From the IMG/VR virus record IMGVR_UViG_3300025789_000822, positions 1 through 64,000 of that record: a DNA stretch of 64,000 nt. One strand, written 5' to 3'. Of this stretch, positions 9,935 to 19,458 are shown piece by piece. Each line of letters begins with the position of its first letter. The stretch's first letter is position 1. Origin of the DNA: a virus. Below the pieces are notes generated by a model, which was given only the letters and a program-made list of their open reading frames with translations, had not been told where the DNA came from and ran no database searches. The position numbers and the translations under genes are program-made.

Positions 9935-10549
9935 TTACATTTGTGCTAGTTGATTGGGACTTGATGAATTTTGATCAGCCATTTGATTTTCATCTTGCTG
10001 TGTTTCTTGTTCATTTTCGTCTTTTGTTGGCGCATCTAAATCTTCATCGTATGCATTTTGAATTTCTTCTAAGTCAATAGTTTGATCTGCAAGGTCAATA
10101 CTACCTTCTTTGATATCATCCATTAACTCAAATGGGATTGTAATTTCAACCATCCAAACACGTTTTTTACTCATCTTTGGATAACGTGTGCCCTGTACAA
10201 AATCTTCATAGTCTTTGATTTCAACGGGAACTTCAATACGTGTTTTAGCAAATTTTACTTTACAACCAACGTTAAGCAATCTTAATGCGGCTCTTGGGTC
10301 GGGCATTAATTTGTAAGGCCACATGAATACACATTTTGCATTGTATCTGCCAATTTTGGGGCCGTCCACTAACTCACCAATCAACCAATTTTTATATGCA
10401 TAAACGTCGGCTTCGTCTAAAACACGTTCAAAGTCTAATAGTGTGGACATTGAACCATCGCTCATATAAACACCACGAATGGTGTCTACAATGCTCACAA
10501 AGTCAACGTCATTAAAAAATTTGTCTGCTGGTAAAGTTTCTGTTGTCAT
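9935..10549 (-). CDS. Hypothetical protein (late, leaderless)
   Basis: 204-aa ORF with TAAATA 5 nt upstream of ATG and an acidic tail. Confidence 0.65.
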   Translation of the reverse strand: MTTETLPADKFFNDVDFVSIVDTIRGVYMSDGSMSTLLDFERVLDEADVYAYKNWLIGELVDGPKIGRYNAKCVFMWPYKLMPDPRAALRLLNVGCKVKFAKTRIEVPVEIKDYEDFVQGTRYPKMSKKRVWMVEITIPFELMDDIKEGSIDLADQTIDLEEIQNAYDEDLDAPTKDENEQETQQDENQMADQNSSSPNQLAQM

Positions 10550-10578
10550 ATATCTATTTATCAGTGTTGGACTAAATA

Positions 10579-10639
10579 AAAGTGTAGTTCACGGGACGGG
10601 AATCCCCAACTACTCTAACGCTTTCAAGGAGCAATCAGC
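10579..10639 (+). promoter_or_regulatory. Structured 5' leader of the HNH endonuclease gene
   Basis: After TAAATA (10573-10578): stem GTAGTT...AACTAC, then GCTTT-caa-GGAGC covering the AGGAG SD. Confidence 0.55.
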
Positions 10640-11269
10640 ATGTGTATTTATTGTGGTACTAACAAGTACCGTAAAATCTATGAAAATCATATAGGTCCTA
10701 TTCCAAAAGAGAATAACGGAAGAACATATGATATCCATCATATTGATGGAAATCGTTCAAATAATCATCCAAACAATTTAAAAGCAGTAACTGTCCAAGA
10801 GCATTACGATATTCATTATGCACAACAAGATTGGTATGCTTGTCTTAGACTAGCAGAATCAATGAAATTATCTTCTAATGAAATGTCAGAACTTGCAAGA
10901 AAAAATAACTTAAAGCGTGTAGAGAACGGTACTCATCCATTTTTAGGTTCTACTATTAATGAAACTAGAGTAAAGAACGGAACACATCCGTTAACGGGCA
11001 ATAAAAACCCAGTGCATAAATTAATAAAAAATGGAACCTTTCATTTAATGAAAAGATCAGATGGTACTAGTTTATCTTCAGATCGAATTAAAGCAGGAAC
11101 TCATAATTTATTAGGTGGTGAACAACAAAGAAAAGTTAATAAAAAAAGATTAGAAAATAAGACTCACAATTTTATTAAACCATGGACATGTCCTACTTGC
11201 GGTAAGAATGGCGTTGGTACCGGTAATTTTTCTAGGTGGCACGGAAACAATTGTAAGAAGATTGATTAA
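10640..11269 (+). CDS. HNH homing endonuclease
   Basis: YDIHHIDGNRSNNHPNNL...EHYDIH, five NGTH-type repeats, C-terminal CPTC...H...C Zn finger. Confidence 0.88.
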   Translation: MCIYCGTNKYRKIYENHIGPIPKENNGRTYDIHHIDGNRSNNHPNNLKAVTVQEHYDIHYAQQDWYACLRLAESMKLSSNEMSELARKNNLKRVENGTHPFLGSTINETRVKNGTHPLTGNKNPVHKLIKNGTFHLMKRSDGTSLSSDRIKAGTHNLLGGEQQRKVNKKRLENKTHNFIKPWTCPTCGKNGVGTGNFSRWHGNNCKKID

Positions 11270-11405
11270 TACCGGGGTTAGCATAATATTTATCATTAAT
11301 ATGTAGACCTTATGTTCTGCATTGTTTACTGTATATCATGGTCTTAAATATCTTTGAGAGAAAATTGTCTCTCATCACAGAAGTGTATCAAATAGGAGTA
11401 ATACA

Positions 11406-12191
11406 TTGAGTAAACGAAAAACTAGCGAACTCAGACAGAAAGACACACGTTATTCACAGAGAAAATATCAAGAAAATGACAGTCAAGTATTTTATATGAA
11501 AGAATCTAAAACAATTGACTTCACTCAGACCCAGCCTCAAAAGCGTCAAAGAAAACCCATCGATCTAGTGCCAAAGAGCATAAATCAGGAAAAATATATC
11601 ATCGCATTAACCGACCCTGAAATTGACATCGTTATGGTATCTGGACCTGCGGGGACTGGAAAAACCTATCTAGCAATGTTGGCTGCTCTGCAAGCAATGC
11701 GAAATGGGGAGTGTGACAGAATTATCTTGACAAGACCTGCTGTTGCAGTTGATGATGAAAAGCACGGGTTCTTACCCGGTGACTTGAATTCAAAAATGGA
11801 ACCTTGGGTCAGACCATTATTTGACGTTATTAAGGAGTATTACACGACAAAGGAAATCGAGTATATGTTAGATGAACAGGTGATTGAAATTACACCCTTA
11901 GCATTCTGCCGAGGTCGTAACTTTAAACACAGTTGGGTCATTTTAGATGAGGCGCAAAATGCTACGCCTAGTCAGATCAAAATGCTGATGACTAGAATTG
12001 GTGAAGGTAGTAAAATTGTTATTACAGGTGACGTGGAACAAACAGACCGCAGAACCCCTGACAATGGCCTACTTGATCTAAAACGTAGAATTGAGCAATA
12101 TCAAGTTCCTGGCATGCAAACATGCGAATTTGACACACGTGATATTAGGAGACATAAAATTATCGAACACGTACTTAATATGTATTCTTAA
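11406..12191 (+). CDS. phoH: PhoH-family ATPase
   Basis: GPAGTGKTYLA, ILTRPAV, GFLPGDL, RGRNF, ILDEAQN, ITGDVEQTD, RH motifs. Confidence 0.95.
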   Translation: MSKRKTSELRQKDTRYSQRKYQENDSQVFYMKESKTIDFTQTQPQKRQRKPIDLVPKSINQEKYIIALTDPEIDIVMVSGPAGTGKTYLAMLAALQAMRNGECDRIILTRPAVAVDDEKHGFLPGDLNSKMEPWVRPLFDVIKEYYTTKEIEYMLDEQVIEITPLAFCRGRNFKHSWVILDEAQNATPSQIKMLMTRIGEGSKIVITGDVEQTDRRTPDNGLLDLKRRIEQYQVPGMQTCEFDTRDIRRHKIIEHVLNMYS

Positions 12192-12219
12192 AATAAATGG
12201 GGCTTTTGCCCCATTTATT
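12192..12219. terminator. Bidirectional terminator between convergent genes
   Basis: AATAAATGGGGC-tttt-GCCCCATTTATT. Confidence 0.8.
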
Positions 12220-12490
12220 ATTTCTGTTTTTCTTTCACTTCAATCGGTGCTTCTTTTTCAAGTTGCTTAATTAAGTTAGGATAAATTTTCTTATAGTAGT
12301 CATTCATACGATCAAAATCTGTATCATGAACTTTACCTTCAATCACGCATTTTAGAATTTTCTTTTCCGCGTAGTCAATAATCACATTCACACTATTCAA
12401 ATCCGAATTTTTGACACGTTTACTAATGCTAACTTGTTCATCAATTTGCCCACCGGGTTTACGATAAAAAGTAATTAGCATATATCTCAT
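12218..12490 (-). CDS. Hypothetical protein
   Basis: 90-aa ORF coupled (ATGA overlap) to the clamp loader gene. Confidence 0.65.
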   Translation of the reverse strand: MRYMLITFYRKPGGQIDEQVSISKRVKNSDLNSVNVIIDYAEKKILKCVIEGKVHDTDFDRMNDYYKKIYPNLIKQLEKEAPIEVKEKQK

Positions 12491-13410
12491 GATGTTAACT
12501 CCACCAATGTTGCTGCCAAACTAATCTCAGGGATGCCTACTAACGGAAGTTGTGCTAGACCATTGCGAATAATCACAATACTCATATCACGCTTTTCATT
12601 ACTAGTGCCCCACAAGTCTAAGTTATCATACATCCACTTGTATGTATCTTCAATACGTGTAGGATACAATGCAATGTATTGCATTAATTGTTGACGACCT
12701 TCAATAATCTTGCCTGCCTTAAACAAGTCAGTTGCAGTCAATAACAATTCGTCTTCACTTTGACCTTCTTTATGAGGTGCTACTAATACACCTGACGTAG
12801 AATTAACTTGAAGTTGATTCAAGCATTTTCTAAGATCAGGGTAAGTTACACGAACATAGGTGTCAAGCACATCCAAATCAAATTCAACACCTTCTGTTAC
12901 CAACACTGTTGCGGCACGTGCTGTGAACTCATTCATATCAGTTTTAGCAATATGGAATGAATGGCATCGTGACTTCAATGCTGGAATGATCTTGTGTTGA
13001 TAGTTACAAGTTAAGATAAAGCGTACTGTTTCATGGTATGCTTCCATATCATTACGCAATGCAGCCTGAAACTCTGCTGATGTATAATCGGCTTCGTCTA
13101 ATAAAATAACTTTAAATTTACCAAAGGGCATTGTTTGTGAAAAACTGTTGATTTTTGTGCGAACAATTTCAACACCATTTTCACGTGATGCATTGATTTC
13201 CATTACATCATATTCTTCAATGCCAAGTTCATGAATAAGAACTTTGGCTAGTGTAGTTTTACCTGTACCCGGATCACCACTTAGTAACAAGTGAGGGATT
13301 GATTCATTTTTGATCCAACCCTCAACTTGCTTTTTCTGATGTTCGTCTACAAAAACATAATCACTTACAGTTTGTGGTCTGTATTTTTCTACCCAAAGCT
13401 GATTTTTCAT
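12487..13410 (-). CDS. Sliding-clamp loader AAA+ subunit (gp44/RFC-small-like)
   Basis: LWVEKYRP, GDPGTGKTT, EINAS, LLDEAD, FILTCN, ALKSRC (SRC motif), DLR. Confidence 0.92.
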   Translation of the reverse strand: MKNQLWVEKYRPQTVSDYVFVDEHQKKQVEGWIKNESIPHLLLSGDPGTGKTTLAKVLIHELGIEEYDVMEINASRENGVEIVRTKINSFSQTMPFGKFKVILLDEADYTSAEFQAALRNDMEAYHETVRFILTCNYQHKIIPALKSRCHSFHIAKTDMNEFTARAATVLVTEGVEFDLDVLDTYVRVTYPDLRKCLNQLQVNSTSGVLVAPHKEGQSEDELLLTATDLFKAGKIIEGRQQLMQYIALYPTRIEDTYKWMYDNLDLWGTSNEKRDMSIVIIRNGLAQLPLVGIPEISLAATLVELTS

Positions 13411-13411
13411 A

Positions 13412-13771
13412 TTAATAATCTTTACCTTTATAATTTTCGTCTTTTACGTATTCGTCACTTACTAATAATATATCGTTATTGTCTACTTTACGGATAACTT
13501 TCTCGCCTTCAGGAGTTTCAATAGTGATACCTCGAGTCCAGCGACCGTGTGCTATATAAATATATTGTCCTACTTTAATATCTTTTTGCTTTGGCCCAAT
13601 TGCATATACTTTAGCCCAACGTGGTCTGATACCATTACTCTTCATATCATCATTTAACAGAACGATTCCACCATTAGTGATTCGTTCGTCAAATTCCATG
13701 TCAGTTACGATAACAACGTCATGGAGTGCATGAATTTTTTTAACTTTTGATTTGAATATGCTTAAACTCAT
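13412..13771 (-). CDS. groES: GroES/Cpn10-like co-chaperonin
   Basis: ALHDVVIV, ITNGGIVL mobile loop, VYAIGP, IKVGQ, DILLV. Confidence 0.82.
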   Translation of the reverse strand: MSLSIFKSKVKKIHALHDVVIVTDMEFDERITNGGIVLLNDDMKSNGIRPRWAKVYAIGPKQKDIKVGQYIYIAHGRWTRGITIETPEGEKVIRKVDNNDILLVSDEYVKDENYKGKDY

Positions 13772-13773
13772 AA

Positions 13774-14133
13774 TTATTTTTTAGATTCTTTGATGGATTC
13801 TGCCTTGATGACTTCAATTTCTTCATTGTCTTCATCGTCATTAATAAAATCAATTTCTTCTTTAGTTAACTCAATTTTTGCAATTTCTGGTTTTGGTGCA
13901 GTTTTGATTGGCTGTGGTTTGTTTTTAACAATGTTGGCTGCACGATTTGTAACTGTCTTTGCATATCTGTCGCTAACTTTCTTGTTAACTGGAATAACAA
14001 TATTGCCACTAGCGTCAATAATATCGCCCCTAGCGTTAACCTTCATGTTACCAACTGCTTTAACACGCTCATTTTGAGTTGCTAGTGCACTCATGTCGAT
14101 CATCTTACCTTTTGCTGATCTGTATTTTGCCAT
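13774..14133 (-). CDS. Hypothetical protein
   Basis: 119-aa ORF with AGGAG SD. Confidence 0.65.
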   Translation of the reverse strand: MAKYRSAKGKMIDMSALATQNERVKAVGNMKVNARGDIIDASGNIVIPVNKKVSDRYAKTVTNRAANIVKNKPQPIKTAPKPEIAKIELTKEEIDFINDDEDNEEIEVIKAESIKESKK

Positions 14134-14143
14134 ATTTTCTCTC

Positions 14144-14650
14144 CTATTTCAAGAACTCTGTGATTGATAAATCATAGTGTAGACTATTTATTCTGTGTAC
14201 CTGTAACAGAAATAATACAAAACTGCTTACACTACTACCCCGGCCCACTCCCCAAACGATATTGTTCTCACGCATAGTATCTACAAGGTATTTAAGATAC
14301 TTGAGCAATACAAACATATCACGTTCTTGATATAAAAGCAACTCTTCACCTGCCCGTTGTAGTTCTGCTTCATTACTACATTGGTCTAATATGAATTTTG
14401 CAATGTCCATATTCTTGTAACTGTCTGGCATGTACCAGTTACTTCTACAACGCTCATCAAACTCTTCTAATGATTCGTCTGATAGTGTGTACTTTACAAG
14501 TTCGGGGAGATTATTTAGACTTAGTTCTGGGTCAAAACTAATATCATTGTCTACCAAAACGTTTTTTAATTGTGTTTCGGTATTAGTTAGATACAGGTCA
14601 CAGAGGTCTTGCTCTGTGTAAATTTGTTGACTAAATTTATCTGTAATCAT
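14144..14650 (-). CDS. dnaE: DNA polymerase III alpha (family C), N-terminal palm fragment
   Basis: QRAGEEL...LVDTMRENNIVWGVGRGSSVSSFVLFLLQVHRINSLHYDLSITEFLK aligns to DnaE RLETEL...[35 protein letters not shown]. Confidence 0.85.
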   Translation of the reverse strand: MITDKFSQQIYTEQDLCDLYLTNTETQLKNVLVDNDISFDPELSLNNLPELVKYTLSDESLEEFDERCRSNWYMPDSYKNMDIAKFILDQCSNEAELQRAGEELLLYQERDMFVLLKYLKYLVDTMRENNIVWGVGRGSSVSSFVLFLLQVHRINSLHYDLSITEFLK

Positions 14651-14656
14651 TCACAT

Positions 14657-14685
14657 ATGATAACAGAAATGTATGTGATTGTCAA
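14657..14685 (-). promoter_or_regulatory. sigma70-type promoter, leaderless dnaE-N transcript
   Basis: TTGACA-17 nt-TATCAT with TGn. ATG lies 6 nt after the -10. Confidence 0.75.
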
Positions 14686-14686
14686 A

Positions 14687-15256
14687 TCACTTTTTACCCT
14701 TTTTGGTCTTTTCTTTCCAAGATAGTCCAAGTTCGTTCCAATCTCTGTCGTCAAATAATTTAACTACATTGTCAGGAGATGCAGTGCATTCTTCATTAGA
14801 CAAGCATATTGTGGGTTTGCGCCACCAATGACTTTGATTTCCGGGTATGATACTTTCTGCAACTTCGGATACAGTATTATATCTAATACCTTCACTTAAA
14901 CTTGAAGTAAGAACCAAATCAGTGATTTGCAGTCTGTTTTCCATAATTGCATTTAGTTTAAGCAATAGCACCATTGCAACTATTTGGTCATATGGTTCTT
15001 CAGGGATTTCACAAACCTTTATACCTGCTGCCTTGTATTTGGTGATAGCATCAACATCATGTGTGTATACTAAAATAGAGTTTTGTAGCATTTCCATTAA
15101 GAAATATGTTGCTCTATCCATAGCAACATTTTGTTCTCTAATAGATTCGGTTTCAACCAACATACTAAGTGTTAGTTCAAATGAATTTATGTAAAAATTT
15201 CCTTCAAAATGAACTGCTGTTTGAAAATAAAAGTCTTTTTCGATTCTTGTACTCAT
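14687..15256 (-). CDS. Hypothetical protein, possible degenerate QueD/PTPS T-fold
   Basis: KDFYFQTAVH and EEPYDQIVAMVL resemble QueD KxFxFxAAH and PTxENLA. The HGH motif is absent. Confidence 0.4.
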   Translation of the reverse strand: MSTRIEKDFYFQTAVHFEGNFYINSFELTLSMLVETESIREQNVAMDRATYFLMEMLQNSILVYTHDVDAITKYKAAGIKVCEIPEEPYDQIVAMVLLLKLNAIMENRLQITDLVLTSSLSEGIRYNTVSEVAESIIPGNQSHWWRKPTICLSNEECTASPDNVVKLFDDRDWNELGLSWKEKTKKGKK

Positions 15257-15483
15257 TATGATTGAATGTTGATTTGGTTGTTTAGTTTTTGCTTTTCAAA
15301 TAATTCATCCATCTTTTTTCTATGCTGGTTTTTGTAACTTTCAATAACCATTTGTATTTGATGTATCAATGCACTGTTGCCTGTTTTATAAGCAAAATTT
15401 AATTTTTTATTTAAATCCGTAATTTTATCTTGTAACTCTTCCATAGTTTGTTCTGAAAGGTCGTTGATGAAGGGATGTTCCAT
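15256..15483 (-). CDS. Small coiled-coil hypothetical protein
   Basis: 75-aa helical ORF, coupled to its neighbour. Confidence 0.6.
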   Translation of the reverse strand: MEHPFINDLSEQTMEELQDKITDLNKKLNFAYKTGNSALIHQIQMVIESYKNQHRKKMDELFEKQKLNNQINIQS

Positions 15484-15488
15484 TTATA

Positions 15489-16808
15489 TTACCATGGTTT
15501 AACTTCGATTCGGCGCCACATATCGTCACCGACATATACTTGTGCATTTGCTGTTAATGATGTGCTATTTGCTTTGATAACAGTTTGCGTACCTGCAACA
15601 CCATTAGTTCTTGATTGACTTATTGTGATGTTTGCTGTACCTGTTGATGCACTAATAGATTTAACATAGTATGCATTACCTGCAACAATACCTGTATTTG
15701 CGGTGTCAACATTACCAGTAAAGATGATTGGTGCATTTACGACTAAACTATTAGTTGGGTTGATAGTGATGTTACCTGTAGTATACATGGCACTAACACC
15801 TGGAGTATAAACTACAGTTTCACTTGCATCATATGAACCAGTTGCCACATAAACATAATTAACAGGATTAGCATACATATTACCACTACCACCTGCTAGT
15901 GCCAAATTACTACCACCAACGGTTGATGATACAGTAAATGTGTTGCTACTTACTACGTTTCTAACATAATAGGTAGTACCAATAGTTACGTTACTATCAA
16001 TTGTTACACCAGTAAACACTACAGGCAAATCAGTAAACAATTGTGAAGTATTATCTTGTGAACTAGTAGCAAATACATTACCGGTTGAGTTAGTAGAAAC
16101 AATGTTTAATTGATTGTAACCTGGACCCACTGCAACTGCACCATTTTGATCACCTGCAACTCCAGTTGGGATAATCGTGCGTGATTGAATTTGTGTAGAT
16201 TCAAATGGTCTGTTGATTGGTGTAACTGTAATTGTGTTACCACAATCCAGTGATGAAAGCATATATGTTAATACTTGCGTATTTGCAGGAGGTGAAATGT
16301 ATGCAACATTACCGATATATGAAATATTTTCTAATAATGTTACACCAAAATTGTTGTTGCTTGATACTGCTGCATTTGGTAATGCTACTGTTGCGTTAGC
16401 ATTTGCAAATGTCAAACGTAATTGGACATTACTTTGTGTGTTAGTAGGAGCCCATCCTCCAAATTGTAATGTGACATTACCTGTAACACTACCGTACTGA
16501 ACATCACCACTAGCAACATTGACTAGTACAGTTCCTGCTAAACTATTGCCTAAATTGTAAGTAGTTGCTCTGAAACTTCTGGTACTAGCGTTACTAATCA
16601 ATGTATTAGCCATATCGTTGTTTAATACGGAGTTGGCTAGTGCAGCCTTTAATACTGCATTGTTTTGTAAATCTGTAATCTCGGTTGCTGCGATATTTAA
16701 ATCATTGGCAATTTGAGCAAAGTTATCTCTGAACCCTTGACTACTGTTATTCTGTCCGGGTACAGGGTAATTTACATTAATTCCGTTTGTGTTGATTTGG
16801 CTTGTCAT
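15489..16808 (-). CDS. Virion structural protein (baseplate/fibre-associated)
   Basis: N/T/G/V-rich. N-terminal YPVPGQNNSSQGFRDNF followed by a coiled coil. Two PVVFTG...YYV beta modules. Late promoter. Confidence 0.65.
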   Translation of the reverse strand: MTSQINTNGINVNYPVPGQNNSSQGFRDNFAQIANDLNIAATEITDLQNNAVLKAALANSVLNNDMANTLISNASTRSFRATTYNLGNSLAGTVLVNVASGDVQYGSVTGNVTLQFGGWAPTNTQSNVQLRLTFANANATVALPNAAVSSNNNFGVTLLENISYIGNVAYISPPANTQVLTYMLSSLDCGNTITVTPINRPFESTQIQSRTIIPTGVAGDQNGAVAVGPGYNQLNIVSTNSTGNVFATSSQDNTSQLFTDLPVVFTGVTIDSNVTIGTTYYVRNVVSSNTFTVSSTVGGSNLALAGGSGNMYANPVNYVYVATGSYDASETVVYTPGVSAMYTTGNITINPTNSLVVNAPIIFTGNVDTANTGIVAGNAYYVKSISASTGTANITISQSRTNGVAGTQTVIKANSTSLTANAQVYVGDDMWRRIEVKPW

Positions 16809-16831
16809 AATTTATCTATTCCGTATTGTAT

Positions 16832-19456
16832 TTAGTATTGCGTTTGATCAGGCAAAATAGTTTTTCTAGGGAACAACACATAGAAATCTTGACTGTCTAA
16901 TGGGTCTGGAGTAGGAGTTGCACTCGGCAAACCAGTCCAAGCAGGTGGGCTAGAATTATTGTCATAATTGTACGTAATACTCTTGTTGACTGTAAATCTA
17001 TCAATTTTAAAATTAATAGAGTTGAGTGATTGTTTTTGTCCAATTGGATTCAACCAGTTATTGTTAATCTGGTATTGTATGTATTGTGCATACGTTACTA
17101 TATCTGTCACAGAACCATCGGGAAGCGTGATTGGTTCAGGCAATGTAACCGTGCCCGGCTGCGTATAACAGATAACCCAAGCAGGAGTATATCCTAGTGT
17201 GCTACCGTTAACTTGTTGACTGGTCATCCATAATGGTAACAACTTGCTGTCATACACTTGCCCTAATACTTGTCCAACTCTGTTACGCATATTAGGTAAA
17301 CTATTTGGATATAGTGTTCTAGCATCACCCGGAGTCAAACTTGTATAGAATTGTTGACCTGATGGGCTAATTTCATAACTAGTAAAGATATTAGTTTCAC
17401 TAACATACCAGGGACCCAAATCTAATGGAATAAATGTTGGCCAATATATTGATTGCGGTACACTTGCTCCATAGATATTTGCAGTATTAGGATATTGTTC
17501 ACCCAAATTTAATAAGTTATCAACAACTTCACTATACACTACTTCGTATATAACATCACCTGTTGTTTCATCAATAGCTTGGGCAACTTTGATGGCGCCT
17601 AAAGTGATATTTCTCCAATAATGATTTTGTGTAACTGCGGCTACATATTGTTCAAAGTCACTGGCATTAATACCATAGGCATGTTCATAGACAACACTTG
17701 TTGCTAATCCAAAATAAGGATCATCTGCACGATACAGATATTCAGGTGGAATCAATGTTGTATTAGTTAGTAAAGTATTAAGTAGATTTCTATCACTTAA
17801 ACTAGGGTTACATGCAATATAAAGAGTATCAGTTGGTTGCTGATATTCTTGATATACTTCTACTGTAAACGTTTGTGTGCTTTGTACTACTGGAAATAGT
17901 GGACTATATGCTTCTACACTAAAAGTAAATTGAGTAGTATTTCCTGCAGTTAATATTGCATCAGTTGGTTGAAATGCAACTACACCTGATAACTCTCCGC
18001 TCGGTAATAATAATAAGTTAGGTGGTAGTGTGCCACTTACCAATCTATATTCTAATGCAACATCTGATTGTGCTAGTACACTTAATATACTAGTACTACC
18101 ATTATAAATTTGTCCTAAATCATTAGGTGTTACCCATGTAATATCACCATTGATTGCATTTTCTACTACAAATGAGAAGTTAAAGAATGGGGTAAAGATA
18201 GTTGGGTTTATTGATTTATATACTTGAACACTAAAACTAAATTGCGAAATACTATCAGGTGAAATTACAGGGGTACCTGTTATCCATCCTGTGTTTCTAT
18301 CACCTACTAATCCTAACGGTAAATTAGCATAGTTGTATGTTAATCCAGTACCATCAAAATCATGACCTATTACCTTAAAGGCAAAGAATGTATTACTATT
18401 GACAGTTCCAATGTTAGCATTTACTGTTGGGCTATATGTTGCACCTGTAACCAATGAGCCAGGTGGTAGTACAAAATACCCATAGTCAACTGTGTCAGGT
18501 GTTATATTATATGTTGATGGTCTAGTGTTGTATATGGTAGGTATTCTAGTATTCGAAGGCAGTCCAGGACCACCTTGACTAATAGGGGTGTTTTGATTGA
18601 TAACAGTTATACTATATGATTGCAAATCATTACCTAAACTACTACTCAATTTAAGTGTAAATGCGTATGTTTCGATTGTTGGTTGACCTACAGAAACGTT
18701 TGGTAATGTAATGGTCATATAACCTGCTGCATTGCTTAATGTATAAATTGGTCCACCTATTGTTGTAGAAATAGTAAATGTAGTAGCATCAATAATTGAG
18801 TTTATATAGTATTGTTGTCCTGCAGTAATGCCACCAAAAACAGTTCCTGTGAAGTTTACAGGTCTACCAACACTAAATCCTGTTGTACTCAAACATGATA
18901 TTGTGTTTGAAGTTTGTGTTGTTGCTACACCTGATGTTACTACCAATGGCAAATTAACACTAGATATAGGAGGCTCTGCGTATCCTCTGATCAATCCGTT
19001 ATTATTAATTTCTAATCCCGGAGGTAGTTGACCTTGAATAACTCTGATAATAACTTCATTAGTTGCTATAGGATTTGTATACTGTATAGGCAAACTTACC
19101 CAGGTGCTATCATATGTGCTTAGTATTGTGCCAGTTGGTGTAGTAAACTGGGGAAGGGCTGCACCACTAGTTGTTAAACTAAATGTTCTGTCTCTGATAT
19201 TTCCTAAATTATCTGTTGCCCTAATAGCAAATGTATATGTAGTAGAATTGGTTACTAATCCCGGTGATCCTGATAATAAGCCTATACCATCATTAGATGT
19301 CAATGTTACACCTGGGGGTAAACTACCGCTTAATAATGTGTAGTTTATTGATGATGCTGGTAATACTGCATTAGCAATTAATGTTGCAGTAAAAGGAACC
19401 TGACTAGGATATGTTCCTATAGTCCCGGCAGGTGTAATCCAAATTGGTTGTGCCAT
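16832..19456 (-). CDS. Baseplate protein with multiple putative Ig (He_PIG-like) domains
   Basis: Repeated GSLPPG/GQLPPGL/LPLGL/GTLPPNL...G.I.G.P units typical of Ig/cadherin-like repeats. Confidence 0.65.
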   Translation of the reverse strand: MAQPIWITPAGTIGTYPSQVPFTATLIANAVLPASSINYTLLSGSLPPGVTLTSNDGIGLLSGSPGLVTNSTTYTFAIRATDNLGNIRDRTFSLTTSGAALPQFTTPTGTILSTYDSTWVSLPIQYTNPIATNEVIIRVIQGQLPPGLEINNNGLIRGYAEPPISSVNLPLVVTSGVATTQTSNTISCLSTTGFSVGRPVNFTGTVFGGITAGQQYYINSIIDATTFTISTTIGGPIYTLSNAAGYMTITLPNVSVGQPTIETYAFTLKLSSSLGNDLQSYSITVINQNTPISQGGPGLPSNTRIPTIYNTRPSTYNITPDTVDYGYFVLPPGSLVTGATYSPTVNANIGTVNSNTFFAFKVIGHDFDGTGLTYNYANLPLGLVGDRNTGWITGTPVISPDSISQFSFSVQVYKSINPTIFTPFFNFSFVVENAINGDITWVTPNDLGQIYNGSTSILSVLAQSDVALEYRLVSGTLPPNLLLLPSGELSGVVAFQPTDAILTAGNTTQFTFSVEAYSPLFPVVQSTQTFTVEVYQEYQQPTDTLYIACNPSLSDRNLLNTLLTNTTLIPPEYLYRADDPYFGLATSVVYEHAYGINASDFEQYVAAVTQNHYWRNITLGAIKVAQAIDETTGDVIYEVVYSEVVDNLLNLGEQYPNTANIYGASVPQSIYWPTFIPLDLGPWYVSETNIFTSYEISPSGQQFYTSLTPGDARTLYPNSLPNMRNRVGQVLGQVYDSKLLPLWMTSQQVNGSTLGYTPAWVICYTQPGTVTLPEPITLPDGSVTDIVTYAQYIQYQINNNWLNPIGQKQSLNSINFKIDRFTVNKSITYNYDNNSSPPAWTGLPSATPTPDPLDSQDFYVLFPRKTILPDQTQY

Positions 19457-19458
19457 TA

